A stretch of 40,000 nucleotides of DNA from an uncultured Solirubrobacterales bacterium (GCA_963843305.1 CAWJJS010000001.1:1540804-1580803); one strand, 5' to 3'. Positions 23,104-32,218 are shown, counted from the first letter of the stretch. Made by a program: numbers and translations. The notes: generated from the letters alone by a model not told the origin.

Positions 23104-23790
23104 TTACAGCGGTCGTATCGCCTCAACGACCTGGCGGGCAAACTCGCGGGTCGCAGTCAGCGATTTTGCGGCTTCGTCTCGCGTGACTCGGGCACCCTTG
23201 TGGATGAGCGCGTTGCGCCGCTCAACATGAGTGCGGTAGCCGTCCCATACGGCCTTCGGCTCACGGATGCTGCGCCCGGTCACGGCCTTCCAAACCTTTG
23301 GCCCTCTCTGGTCGAGCATCGTGTAGGACGTGAGAAGATCGGGGATGACCTGCGCGAGTTGTTCGGTGGCGTGGCGTGACACGGCGAACTGGATCGCCCC
23401 CTCGACTAGTAGCTCGCAAGCGGTTTGCGCTGCGACGACCGTGAAGTCGTAGTGCTCCTTGTCGTACATCTCTTCGGCCAGCACGAAGAACCGGGTCTGA
23501 TCCATACTGAACGTGACCAGTGGGTTGAGGGGCATGATCGCGGTGGGCTGCTCCCAAATCTCAGGTAGCCCCGCATGTGCGCGGAGGTCGGCATATATCT
23601 GTTGGGCTTCCTGCCCTGCCGACGTCACGGTGGGGGCTTCCACTTCGATCTGGACCTTGGCGGCGACCGGCACCCCGTCGATGTCGCCCGTGACGATCCC
23701 GGCGACACGATCATCCCCATAGGCGGTCGCATCCTCAAGCGCAGCCGCATCTTGGTCAGGTGCATCGAGCGTTATGAGATAGCGGGACAT
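23104..23790 (-). CDS. HEPN-motif protein (228 aa), candidate RNase
   Basis: The C-terminal helical domain ends with ..GYRTHVERRNALIHKGARVTRDEA.., which contains the canonical HEPN RNxxxH (Rx4-6H) motif. The N-terminal ~100 aa form an unrelated acidic domain. Confidence 0.55.
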   Translation of the reverse strand: MSRYLITLDAPDQDAAALEDATAYGDDRVAGIVTGDIDGVPVAAKVQIEVEAPTVTSAGQEAQQIYADLRAHAGLPEIWEQPTAIMPLNPLVTFSMDQTRFFVLAEEMYDKEHYDFTVVAAQTACELLVEGAIQFAVSRHATEQLAQVIPDLLTSYTMLDQRGPKVWKAVTGRSIREPKAVWDGYRTHVERRNALIHKGARVTRDEAAKSLTATREFARQVVEAIRPL

Positions 23791-23864
23791 GCCCTTGTGA
23801 GGATAAGTCGAGAGTCGGCGAACTGCCCCCCCAGGGCGCTAGTCTCGCGCTCCGTGAACCAGCC

Positions 23865-24146
23865 ATGACCATCCCAGCGGAGACCGGCCCTCTCGGTGCC
23901 CCCGACCGCCTTTCGGTTTGGCCCGTCGAGGGCGGACGCTACGGCCTGGACGCCACTTACCACGGCAGGACAGGCTTCGAGCGAGCCGAAGCACAACGAC
24001 AGCACCTTCAGGCCGCGAACCTCTCGGCGTCCGTCCGTCAGGAGTTGGGCGACGACTGGACGCTGCGACTCGGGCCTCTGACCCACAGCGCCGCCTGGGC
24101 GGCCATCGAAGCCTTCATCGGCCCGCCCGGTCCTCGTACGAGGTAG
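23865..24146 (+). CDS. Hypothetical protein (93 aa)
   Basis: GC3-rich codon pattern, divergent from the HEPN gene. No clear RBS and no recognisable family. Confidence 0.35.
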   Translation: MTIPAETGPLGAPDRLSVWPVEGGRYGLDATYHGRTGFERAEAQRQHLQAANLSASVRQELGDDWTLRLGPLTHSAAWAAIEAFIGPPGPRTR

Positions 24147-24244
24147 CCAGCGCCCCTCTCGGAGCCCGTCTCAGCCTCTCAGCGGCTAACCCGACGGCGG
24201 CCTCCTGTGGGTGTACCAGTTGTGCCCTACGGACCATCCCCTGT

Positions 24245-24289
24245 TTTCGGGAGCATGTTGCTCCCGAAATGCTCCCGAAAGCTCCGAGA
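24245..24289. repeat. Arm-type repeats, island 2 right arm
   Basis: TTTCGGGAGCA (24245-24255, inverted), then TGCTCCCGAAA (24259-24269), TGCTCCCGAAA (24270-24280) and a degenerate GCTCCGAGA (24281-24289). The core is the same as at 10900-10920. Confidence 0.55.
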
Positions 24290-24398
24290 CAGGGCGATTC
24301 AGACCGGGTACGGCCTGCACTCAATTGCACCCAGATTTAGCATATTTTGCAGGCTATTTTGCGCACTCCTGCACGTCGCTGCATCTTGCGTGTTGCAA

Positions 24399-24472
24399 TC
24401 GGGGCGCCCGGATTCGAACCGGGGACCTCGCCGACCCGAACGGCGCGCGCTACCAGGCTGCGCCACGCCCCG
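24399..24472 (-). tRNA. tRNA-Pro (anticodon CGG)
   Basis: The minus strand reads CGGGGCG TG GCGC AGCCTGGTA GCGC G CGCCG TTCGGGT CGGCG AGGTC CCCGG TTCGAAT CCGGG CGCCCCG A. This is a canonical cloverleaf with anticodon loop UUCGGGU. CCA is not encoded. The 3' end faces the islands. Confidence 0.95.
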
Positions 24473-24563
24473 ACGCAGGACGCAGTATCCCACACACCGC
24501 ACCCAGGCTCCGGCCAGACTGTCTCTACCCCACCGACAGAGCCCGAGCGGCTACGCTCGCCCC

Positions 24564-25328
24564 ATGCCCTGCCAGCTTCAAGACGCCATCGCCGACCTGG
24601 ACAAACTCCTCCAACCCGAGCGCTTCAAGGACTACTGCCCCAACGGCCTTCAGTTCCCCGGCAAAAGCGAGATCAGAAAGCTCGCCACCGGTGTCACCGC
24701 AAGCGCTGAGTTGTTCAAGCTAGCCATCGCTGCCCGAGCCGACCTGCTCGTAGTCCACCACGGGATCTTCTGGGGATCGACCGCCACACCCATCGACTTC
24801 CGCATGAAGCATCGACTGAAGCTGCTGTTCGACTCGGACATGGGCCTCGCCGCCTACCACCTTCCGCTCGACGCCCATCCCCAACTAGGCAACAACGCCT
24901 TGATCGCACAAGCCCTCGGTGCCGACACGCTCGAGCCCTTTGCCCTGCACGACGGCGAGCCAATCGGCTTCATTGCGCGCTTCCCTGGGAAAGGCGTCGA
25001 CGCTGAAGAGTTGTTCGCGCGAGTAACGACACTCACAAAACGGACACCCCTCGTCTTCGACGCTGGCCCTGAGCAGATAAGCAGGCTGGCGATCGTGTCC
25101 GGTGCCGGCAACGACTACCTCAAGGACGCCATCGCGGCAGGCGCCGACGCCTTTCTCACCGGCGAGCCTGCCGAGCGCGTCATGAGCGAAGCTCAGGAGA
25201 GCTCGATCCACTTCATCGCGGCCGGCCACTACGCCACCGAGACGTTCGGCGTGGAGCGCCTTGGCGAGCATCTGAGCGAGCGCTTCGAACTGGAGCACAC
25301 GTTCATCGACGTGCCCAACCCGATCTAG
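24564..25328 (+). CDS. Nif3-like dinuclear metal center protein (YbgI/NIF3 family)
   Basis: ..DYCPNGLQFPGKSEIRKLATGVTAS..ADLLVVHHGIFW..AAYHLPLDAHP..GNN..HFIAAGHYATE.. are NIF3 hallmarks. The start is set at ATG 24564 because the longer ORF would read through the tRNA gene. Confidence 0.85.
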   Translation: MPCQLQDAIADLDKLLQPERFKDYCPNGLQFPGKSEIRKLATGVTASAELFKLAIAARADLLVVHHGIFWGSTATPIDFRMKHRLKLLFDSDMGLAAYHLPLDAHPQLGNNALIAQALGADTLEPFALHDGEPIGFIARFPGKGVDAEELFARVTTLTKRTPLVFDAGPEQISRLAIVSGAGNDYLKDAIAAGADAFLTGEPAERVMSEAQESSIHFIAAGHYATETFGVERLGEHLSERFELEHTFIDVPNPI

Positions 25329-25433
25329 CGGCCTGCGGCACGTCCAAACCATGGCGCCGCCGCGACCTCACGAGACCCACAATGCCAGGACATGCTCGAC
25401 CAAGATCCCGGACGCGGGTCCTTTCCAAAACCT

Positions 25434-25463
25434 CGATGCCCCGCGCGCGCACGCGGGGCATCG
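25434..25463. repeat. GC-rich palindromic element, copy 1 (CGATGCCCCGCG..CGCGGGGCATCG)
   Basis: 12-bp perfect stem with a 6-nt loop. A related copy with similar flanks (AAAAnnnCGATGCCCC ... GGGGCATCGyCCrTTTCG) lies at 35541-35570. Confidence 0.8.
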
Positions 25464-25566
25464 CCCATTTCGCAAACATCCCAGCTTGCGGCAATCCCAC
25501 GTTGCATATGTCCGGGCTCAGGGGTATACGTTCGGGTAGAAACTCACCTGATAGGAGGATCTACCG

Positions 25567-25749
25567 ATGGCGAATCACCTGACGCCCAGCGAGCTCGCCC
25601 GCGAAGCCGGCCTGGAGCGCAAGGAAGTGCTCCTGAAGTGTCTTGAAAACGGTGTCCCGATCTTCAGAGGGCGCATCGACAAGAGCCTGTTCATGGCAAG
25701 CATCCGTCAGGGCGGATCGCAGCAGCGGGCAGTCCACGCCAGCGGCTGA
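25567..25749 (+). CDS. Small hypothetical protein (60 aa, possible HTH)
   Basis: RBS AGGAGG lies 8 nt before the ATG. Sequence: MANHLTPSELAREAGLERKEVLLKCLENGVPIFRGRIDK... Confidence 0.5.
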   Translation: MANHLTPSELAREAGLERKEVLLKCLENGVPIFRGRIDKSLFMASIRQGGSQQRAVHASG

Positions 25750-25852
25750 GCGAAAAGCGGCTGGCTCGGCGGCCAGCTGTCCGTGGCCTCGAGTACCCAA
25801 AGTCCCTAACATCCCAAGGGTTCATAAGGGGTTATCGAGGAGGAGTCGCAAC

Positions 25853-27661
25853 ATGGAGGCCAGCGCCACAAAGCCGAGTACTGCGTCGCACACCATCGCC
25901 GACCTGATCTCGCGCGCGGCGCTTGAGCACGGCGACCATGCTGCAGTGCGCTACAAGCACGACGACGCCTGGCAAGACGTGAGCTATAAGCAGCTTGCGG
26001 ACATTGTCGAGGAGATCGCCCTCGGACTGATCGATCTGGGCGTCGAGCACGGCGAGCGCGTTTGCATCCTTGCCAATACGCGTCCTGAGTGGTCCTACGC
26101 CGACATGGCCATCACCTCCGTCGGCGCCGTGGTCGTGCCGATTTACCAGACCAACTCGCCCGAGGAGTGCCTGTGGGTCATTGCCGATTCAGGCGCCAGC
26201 GCGATCGTGTGCGAGGACGAGGAGCAGCTGAAGAAGATCGCACAGATCCGCGATCAGGTTCCCAACCTGCGCACCGTGATCGTGATGGATCCCTCCGCTG
26301 GCGACTCCGCTCTGGAGGCGACCGCGCTCGACGAGGTTCGCGAGCGCGGTCGCGCACACGACGCCTCCGAGCTACAAGCACGCCGCGAGAGTGTCAAGCC
26401 GGAGGATCCCTTCACGTTCATCTATACCTCCGGCACCACCGGGCCCCCCAAGGGGTGCGTGCTGAGTCACGGCAACTACGCCTCGATGATGGAGATGCTG
26501 CGCAGTGTTGGGCAGATCGAGGACGACGAGGTCATCTACCTCTACCTGCCGCTCGCCCATGCCTTTGCGCTGCTGATCCAGCTCGGCGCTTTCGACCTTG
26601 GCGCGACGATCGCCTACTTCGGCGGCGACACCAAGCAGATCGTGACTGAGCTGGTGGAGGTCAAACCGACTTACCTTCCCTCGGTGCCGCGCATCTTCGA
26701 GAAGATCTACACGCTCGCCAACGCTGCGCTGCAGTCCAAGTCCCCGGAGGAGCAGGAGCAGGCGCGCAAGGCGATCGTACTTGGCGGCAAGGTGCGCGAG
26801 CTACAGGCCAAAGGCGAAGAGGTTCCCGCGGAGCTGATGGCGCCCTTCGAAGAGGCTGACGAGAAGCTGTTCAAGAACGTCAGGGCTATCTTCGGCGGCA
26901 ACGTACGCCACGCCGTCACCGGCGCCGCGCCGATCGCCAAGGAGATCCTTGAATTCTTCTGGGCCGCCGGCGTGCCGGTGCTCGAGGGCTACGGCATGAC
27001 CGAGACTGCTACAGCCGCAACCGTTTGCACGGTCGAGGACCACAAGTTCGGCACAGTCGGCAGACCGTTTCCCGGCGTGGAGATCAGGATCGCCGAGGAT
27101 GGCGAGGTGCTGATCAAGGGGCCGAACATCTTCCAGGGCTACCACAACAACGCTGATGCCAGCTTCGGCTCGATCGACCAAGGCTGGCTGCATACCGGCG
27201 ACCTCGGCTCGCTCGATGAGGACGGCTTCCTCTCGATCACCGGCCGCAAGAAGGACATCATCATCACTGCTGGCGGCAAGAACATCACGCCCGCGAACCT
27301 CGAGAACGACCTCAAGCAATGCCGCTGGATCTCACAAGCCGTCATGCACGGCGACCAACGTCCCTATCCGGTCGTGCTGATCACGCTCGACGAGGAAGAG
27401 ATCGCCGGCTACGCGCGCGAGCACAACCTGCCCGAGGACACAGCGCAACTGTGCGAGGAGTCCTCGGTGCGCGAGATGATCGGCGAGCAGGTGGAGCGTG
27501 CCAACCTCCGCTATGCGCCCGTGGAGCAAGTCAAGCGCTTTGCGATCTTGCCGCACGACCTGACCCAGGAGACCGGTGAGCTCACGCCGACGTTGAAGGT
27601 GAAGCGCAACATCGTGGCCGAGAAGTACGCCGACGTCCTCGATGCCCTATATGCGGGCTAG
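25853..27661 (+). CDS. Long-chain fatty acid-CoA ligase (AMP-dependent synthetase/ligase)
   Basis: RBS GAGGAGGAG precedes ATG 25853. AMP-binding motif FIYTSGTTGPPKG, then ..EGYGMTET.., ..WLHTGDLG..DEDGFLSITGRKKDIIITAGGKNI.., typical of the FadD15-like subgroup. Confidence 0.9.
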   Translation: MEASATKPSTASHTIADLISRAALEHGDHAAVRYKHDDAWQDVSYKQLADIVEEIALGLIDLGVEHGERVCILANTRPEWSYADMAITSVGAVVVPIYQTNSPEECLWVIADSGASAIVCEDEEQLKKIAQIRDQVPNLRTVIVMDPSAGDSALEATALDEVRERGRAHDASELQARRESVKPEDPFTFIYTSGTTGPPKGCVLSHGNYASMMEMLRSVGQIEDDEVIYLYLPLAHAFALLIQLGAFDLGATIAYFGGDTKQIVTELVEVKPTYLPSVPRIFEKIYTLANAALQSKSPEEQEQARKAIVLGGKVRELQAKGEEVPAELMAPFEEADEKLFKNVRAIFGGNVRHAVTGAAPIAKEILEFFWAAGVPVLEGYGMTETATAATVCTVEDHKFGTVGRPFPGVEIRIAEDGEVLIKGPNIFQGYHNNADASFGSIDQGWLHTGDLGSLDEDGFLSITGRKKDIIITAGGKNITPANLENDLKQCRWISQAVMHGDQRPYPVVLITLDEEEIAGYAREHNLPEDTAQLCEESSVREMIGEQVERANLRYAPVEQVKRFAILPHDLTQETGELTPTLKVKRNIVAEKYADVLDALYAG

Positions 27662-27693
27662 CTCGCCATTAGCTGCGAACATAGTTAGCGACG

Positions 27694-28173
27694 ATGCGTA
27701 CCGATCCCAGCGAGACCGGCGGCCTCTTTGTAGGGCGCAGACCTGGCACCGCGCCTACTCGCTTCCGGGCGCTACCCGAGCGCGGCAGCAGATCCAGGCA
27801 GCGCATCGACAATACGCTGGCCAAGTTCCTGTTCGCCGCGATGGTCGTTGGCAGCCTGCTGTGCTGGGGGCCAATACCGGTTGCCTGCCTTTGGCTCAGC
27901 GCACAGGCCAACTACCTCACCGGCAGCGTGTCCTTCGGGGTGTTGATCGCTCTGGTTGCCCTGTTCGCGCTTTTGTTCGGCATGCTGATGCTGCTCAGGC
28001 GTCTTGACAACGCTTGGATCCTGGTGCGTCGTGCCGCCGGGCATGACCAGCGCAGCGGTGCTCTCGGGCGGATATTCGGCGTCACGGCCGCCATCTGTGC
28101 CGCGGCCTTCTCTTTCTGGTTCGTCGTGATCCACGGCCCGGGGTCGAGCACCATGCCTGGCAACGCTCCGTGA
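27694..28173 (+). CDS. Hypothetical membrane protein (159 aa)
   Basis: Three hydrophobic segments: FLFAAMVVGSLLCWGPIPVACLWL, VSFGVLIALVALFALLFGMLMLL and IFGVTAAICAAAFSFWFVVI. Confidence 0.55.
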   Translation: MRTDPSETGGLFVGRRPGTAPTRFRALPERGSRSRQRIDNTLAKFLFAAMVVGSLLCWGPIPVACLWLSAQANYLTGSVSFGVLIALVALFALLFGMLMLLRRLDNAWILVRRAAGHDQRSGALGRIFGVTAAICAAAFSFWFVVIHGPGSSTMPGNAP

Positions 28174-28272
28174 GCAAGGGACGCGAGCGAGAAAACCTCG
28201 CACAATTCGTGGTGAGGGATCAGCACATGCGAGCAACCCACACGCCAAGCCGACAAAGAGACCGGTAGCGAG

Positions 28273-29373
28273 ATGGGGCTACTCGACTACTACAAGCAGT
28301 TCGAGGGGATGACCGAGGAGGAGGTCAACAGCGAACTGCGCGAGGAGGCCGACGAGCGCAAACGCAAGGCACTGACGCGCGTTGAGACGCTCGACCTCTC
28401 ACAGACGACCTGGCCGGATCTACCCCATCCCGAGGTGGTCAGCGCGATCACCTTCGTTGCGCGGCGCGGGATGCAGCGCTACCCGCACATGCGCGGTTCG
28501 CAATTGCGGGCGCGGCTGGCTGAGCGCCATTCCGTCGACCAGGCCCGGGTGATCGTCGGCAACGGTGCGGCCGAGCTGCTTAGCGCCGCTACACGTGCGC
28601 TGATCGAGCCCGGGCAGGAGCTGATCACCTCTTGGCCCTCCTATCCCCTCTTCCCGATCATGGCGCGTCGCGCCCACGGGCGCGCGGTACCGGTCAGCGG
28701 CGGCGTGGACGCGCTATTGGAAGCCGTTGGCGAGAGCACGCGCGTGGTCGCGCTGGCCAGTCCCAACGACCCCACCGGCGAGCTGCTGCCGACGGCCGAG
28801 CTGGAGCGACTGCTCGCGGCACTGCCCGACCATGTCGGCGTACTGCTTGACGAGTCGCTGGTCGAGTTCGCCGACGCGCAGCCGACCGACTCATCGCTGC
28901 GGCTGCTGGAGAGCAACCCGCGCCTGCTCGTCTTCCGCAGCTTCTCAAAGGCCTGGGGGCTGGCCGGCCTGCGCTGCGGCTATGCGGTCGGGGCGCCCGG
29001 TGCGGAGGACTTGCTTGCCGAGCTTGAACCCGACCTTGGCGTCAGCGAGATTTCCCAGGCCGGAGCGCTCGAGTCCTTGCGCAACTGCTCGGATTTGATC
29101 GCCAGGCGCGTGCGGCGCGTGAGCAAGGAGCGCGAGAGGCTGACCACGGCGCTGCGCCAGCGCGGCTTCGAGCTCTCAGACAGCCAGGCCAATTTTCTCT
29201 GGCTTGCCTATCCCACCCTCGACGGCGGCGAGCTGGCCGCGCGCCTGGCGCGCTCGGGCATCCTCGTGGCGGCCGGAGACGCGCTCGGCGAGCCGCGTCA
29301 TGTGCGCATCGCAGTCCGCGATGAGGCCTCCTCGACGCGTTTGCTGAACGCGATCGACCGCGCGCTGGCCTGA
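28273..29373 (+). CDS. Class I/II PLP-dependent aminotransferase (histidinol-phosphate aminotransferase-like)
   Basis: ..SPNDPTG.., ..DESLVEF.., and SFSKAWGLAGLRCGY, the PLP-lysine motif of the HisC/CobD-like family. Confidence 0.8.
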   Translation: MGLLDYYKQFEGMTEEEVNSELREEADERKRKALTRVETLDLSQTTWPDLPHPEVVSAITFVARRGMQRYPHMRGSQLRARLAERHSVDQARVIVGNGAAELLSAATRALIEPGQELITSWPSYPLFPIMARRAHGRAVPVSGGVDALLEAVGESTRVVALASPNDPTGELLPTAELERLLAALPDHVGVLLDESLVEFADAQPTDSSLRLLESNPRLLVFRSFSKAWGLAGLRCGYAVGAPGAEDLLAELEPDLGVSEISQAGALESLRNCSDLIARRVRRVSKERERLTTALRQRGFELSDSQANFLWLAYPTLDGGELAARLARSGILVAAGDALGEPRHVRIAVRDEASSTRLLNAIDRALA

Positions 29374-29488
29374 GCGATCGGGACTGTTTGGGATTTGTTC
29401 GTTCCCTTAGCGTCCGAGCGGCCCTCGCAAATCACACGGCACAGGTGATCCGACGGGGCGTGCCCAGCCTGTGAGCACGCCGCAACCG

Positions 29489-30784
29489 CTAGCCAGCCGA
29501 GCCCGACTGGCGCAGCAAGGCTCCCGTCGTGCCTTCGAGGATTTTGCGCCAGGCGCCGACCTCCTCTTCCTCGGCCTCGAAATGGCGCACCACCTTGCGC
29601 ACACGGCGCTCGGAGATCTCGATGCCGTGGCGCGCCCAAATCTCCTTGTAGCGCTCGTATTCGTCAAGCAGATGGTAGGTCACCGACTGGAAGCCGTGGC
29701 GCGCTATCTCGATGCGCGAGGAGAAGCTCATGATCGAGGTCTCGAACATCAGCTCGTCGGTCGGCTCGGGCTCGATCAAGACGATGTCCACGCCCGGATA
29801 GCGCTCCTCCCACATGCTCGCCAGCTCGTGCAGTCGTCGGTGGCCGAGCAGCTTGAAGGCCTGATAGCCGATCTTGGAGAAGCCCATGTCGGAGATCCTG
29901 CGTGCTGGAGGGCCAGCCTCCCCGTCCGCGCGTTGGTTCACGAACGGCACGATCGGGTTGATCACGATCACCAAGGAGGCGCCCGCTTCTACCGCGATGT
30001 CCAGGTTCGTGGTCGAGACGATGCCCCCGTCGATCAGCTCGCGGTCGCCTATCTTGACCGGGGCGTAGACCATCGGCAATGCGCCCGACGCGCGCACCGC
30101 CTTGGAGATCGGTACGTCGTCAAAGCCGTCGGCGCCGAACACGATCCGCTCGCACGAGTCGAGGTCCGTCGCCACCAGGTACAGCTCGTGTTGGAGCGCG
30201 CGGAAGTCGTCGTGGCGACCGTCCTCTTCCAGCACGCGCCGCAGGTAACGCTCGATGCCCTCGCCCGTGTAGGCGCCGCTCGGCAAGGTCTCGGCGATGC
30301 CGAGCACAATGTCGATCAGCGACACCTGGCCAAGCTGGGGCAGCAGTTGACGCGCCAGTAAAGCCATCCTCAAAGGGAGCCGCACACCGGTGCGCGCAAG
30401 CTCAGGCAGGTTCAGACGCAGGAGGTCACCGAGGTCGATGTCCCTGAATGCCTGTGGGCCCTGGTGGGTGACGACGCGCATCATCTCCTCTGGCGTAACG
30501 CCATTGGCGCACAGCGACGCGACGAACGCGCCGGCCGAAGTGCCTACGTAGACGTCGAACTGGTTGATCGTGCGATTGGCCGCGAGCAGGTCGAGCGCGC
30601 GCAACGCTCCGATCTCGTACACACCGCCGGTGAAGCCGCCACCTCCCAGCACCAGCGCCGTCTTGTCCCGTCGCGGGCCGCTGCGCTTTGAGGTTCGTGC
30701 GGGAGCGCTCCGCTTGGAGGGCGAGCGTGTTCTAGTGCCCGACGCCCGCTTGGCGGCTGCTTTCAAGTTGACAACCTCGCCCAT
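29489..30784 (-). CDS. Patatin-like phospholipase family protein
   Basis: Oxyanion GGGGFTGG, nucleophile elbow GTSAGA (GxSxG) and the catalytic Asp in IDGG, with a basic N-terminal extension. Confidence 0.85.
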   Translation of the reverse strand: MGEVVNLKAAAKRASGTRTRSPSKRSAPARTSKRSGPRRDKTALVLGGGGFTGGVYEIGALRALDLLAANRTINQFDVYVGTSAGAFVASLCANGVTPEEMMRVVTHQGPQAFRDIDLGDLLRLNLPELARTGVRLPLRMALLARQLLPQLGQVSLIDIVLGIAETLPSGAYTGEGIERYLRRVLEEDGRHDDFRALQHELYLVATDLDSCERIVFGADGFDDVPISKAVRASGALPMVYAPVKIGDRELIDGGIVSTTNLDIAVEAGASLVIVINPIVPFVNQRADGEAGPPARRISDMGFSKIGYQAFKLLGHRRLHELASMWEERYPGVDIVLIEPEPTDELMFETSIMSFSSRIEIARHGFQSVTYHLLDEYERYKEIWARHGIEISERRVRKVVRHFEAEEEEVGAWRKILEGTTGALLRQSGSAG

Positions 30785-30859
30785 AACTACTCATTGTACG
30801 TACTGTTACGCAGTAACTCCGGCGCCGGCCGGATCGAAGACGACAGAACCCTACTGACG

Positions 30860-32200
30860 ATGGATCCCGCACACATCCTTCACTTGTCCACACCACGCGC
30901 TTTGCGGCGATCTACCTCAGCCGGACCACGCGCACGCTTGGCAGGGCGACGCCCGATCCCGCGAAGACGACGCATGGTCTTGGCGACGTTCGCAGCGGCG
31001 CTCGCGCCCGCGCTCGCCATGACGTCCACGGCCATTGCCCAGAATTCGCTCGAAGCGCCGCTTGCCCGCGAGATGAGGCTCGCCGGGGCCCAGTCGGGCG
31101 CCTATGTCTATGACCTGACGAAGGCCACGACCCTATTCAGCGAGCGGGCCGAAGTTCCCCATCCGCCCGCCTCCGTGGAGAAGCTGTATACCGCCACGAC
31201 CGCCCTGGAGCTGATGGGCCCCGAAGCCACGCTTGCCACCAGCGTGCTCGGCACGGGGCATCCAGGTCCAGACGGGCGCTGGGAAGGCAACCTCTACCTG
31301 AAGGGCGGCGGCGACCCCACATTCGGCAGCGCCTCTTTCGTCGCGGCCCGCTACGGCGGCCAGGGGGCGACCGTGACGAAGCTGGCCGCGCTCGTAAAGG
31401 CGGCTGGTATCAAGGAAGTCACCGGCAACGTGGACGGGGACGATTCCTGGTTCGACTCCCTGCGCGGGGACCCCTACAGCGACTACGCGCCCGACCCCGA
31501 ACTGGAAGGCGAGCTGAGCGGCCTTTCATTCAATCGCGGCGAGACGGGCTCGGAGGGCGGCTTGCACGCACCCGCGGCCTATGCGGCACTCCAGCTGCGA
31601 GGGGCGCTTCGAGCCGAGGGAATCAAAGTCCATGGAGGCACCGCTGCGGTGACCCCCGTCGGCGCGACGATGGTGGCAACCGAGTCCTCGCCGAACTTGG
31701 CGACCCTGCTCGGACTGACATTGCCACCTTCTGACAACTACTTCGCGGAGACTTTGATCAAGGACATCGGCGCGCGCTTCGGTGGTGCCGGCACCACCGC
31801 CGCCGGTGCTGCCGTGGTGCGCTCGACCATCGCCAAGGACTTCGGCCTTCATCCCTACCTGATTGACGGCTCGGGGCTGTCGCACTCCGATCACACCACT
31901 CCCAAGCAAGTGGTGGAGCTGCTCACCGCACTCGCTCCCAGCCCCCTGGGCACAACCCTGCGCAACGACCTGGCCGTCGCCGGTCAAACCGGGACGCTCT
32001 CAGAACGGATGCGACACACGCCCGCCTCAGGGCGCTGTCGCGCCAAGACGGGGACCTTGAACGGCGTGTCCAACCTGGCCGGCTACTGCGAAAGCGCGGG
32101 CGGAGACATCCTTGCCTTCGCGTTCTTCAACGACGGCATCGAAACGTATAAGGCGCACACGATCCAGGACAACATGGCGATCACGCTAGCTCGCTATTGA
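30860..32200 (+). CDS. dacB: D-alanyl-D-alanine carboxypeptidase/endopeptidase, PBP4 family (peptidase S13)
   Basis: SxxK (PASVEKLYT), SxN (PPSDNYFAE) and KTG (AKTGTLNGV) motifs, with a signal-like RRRRMVLATFAAALAPALAMTSTAIA. The start is ambiguous (30794, 30860 or 30974). Confidence 0.85.
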   Translation: MDPAHILHLSTPRALRRSTSAGPRARLAGRRPIPRRRRMVLATFAAALAPALAMTSTAIAQNSLEAPLAREMRLAGAQSGAYVYDLTKATTLFSERAEVPHPPASVEKLYTATTALELMGPEATLATSVLGTGHPGPDGRWEGNLYLKGGGDPTFGSASFVAARYGGQGATVTKLAALVKAAGIKEVTGNVDGDDSWFDSLRGDPYSDYAPDPELEGELSGLSFNRGETGSEGGLHAPAAYAALQLRGALRAEGIKVHGGTAAVTPVGATMVATESSPNLATLLGLTLPPSDNYFAETLIKDIGARFGGAGTTAAGAAVVRSTIAKDFGLHPYLIDGSGLSHSDHTTPKQVVELLTALAPSPLGTTLRNDLAVAGQTGTLSERMRHTPASGRCRAKTGTLNGVSNLAGYCESAGGDILAFAFFNDGIETYKAHTIQDNMAITLARY

Positions 32201-32218
32201 GCGGACTTATATAAAACG

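Larger units (their letters stand above)
10836..24406. mobile_element. tRNA-Pro-proximal integrative element (island 2) carrying the TIR operon
   Basis: Bounded by att-core copies B and C. An intact int/xis pair lies at the left end. TGCTCCCGA(G/A) repeats occur in both arms (10900-10920 and 24245-24289). Cargo includes Rep-like, recombinase, TIR and HEPN genes. Confidence 0.55.

Noticed and set aside
24207-24563. N-terminal 119 codons of the 373-aa ORF 24207-25328
   Set aside because: This part reads straight through the tRNA-Pro gene and the island's arm repeats on the opposite strand, and it is Arg/Pro-rich nonsense. The NIF3 homology begins at ATG 24564.
25643-25852. N-terminal extension of the acyl-CoA ligase ORF
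   Set aside because: There is no homology before MEASATKPS... A strong GAGGAGGAG RBS sits in front of ATG 25853. The extension also overlaps the better-supported 60-aa gene in another frame.
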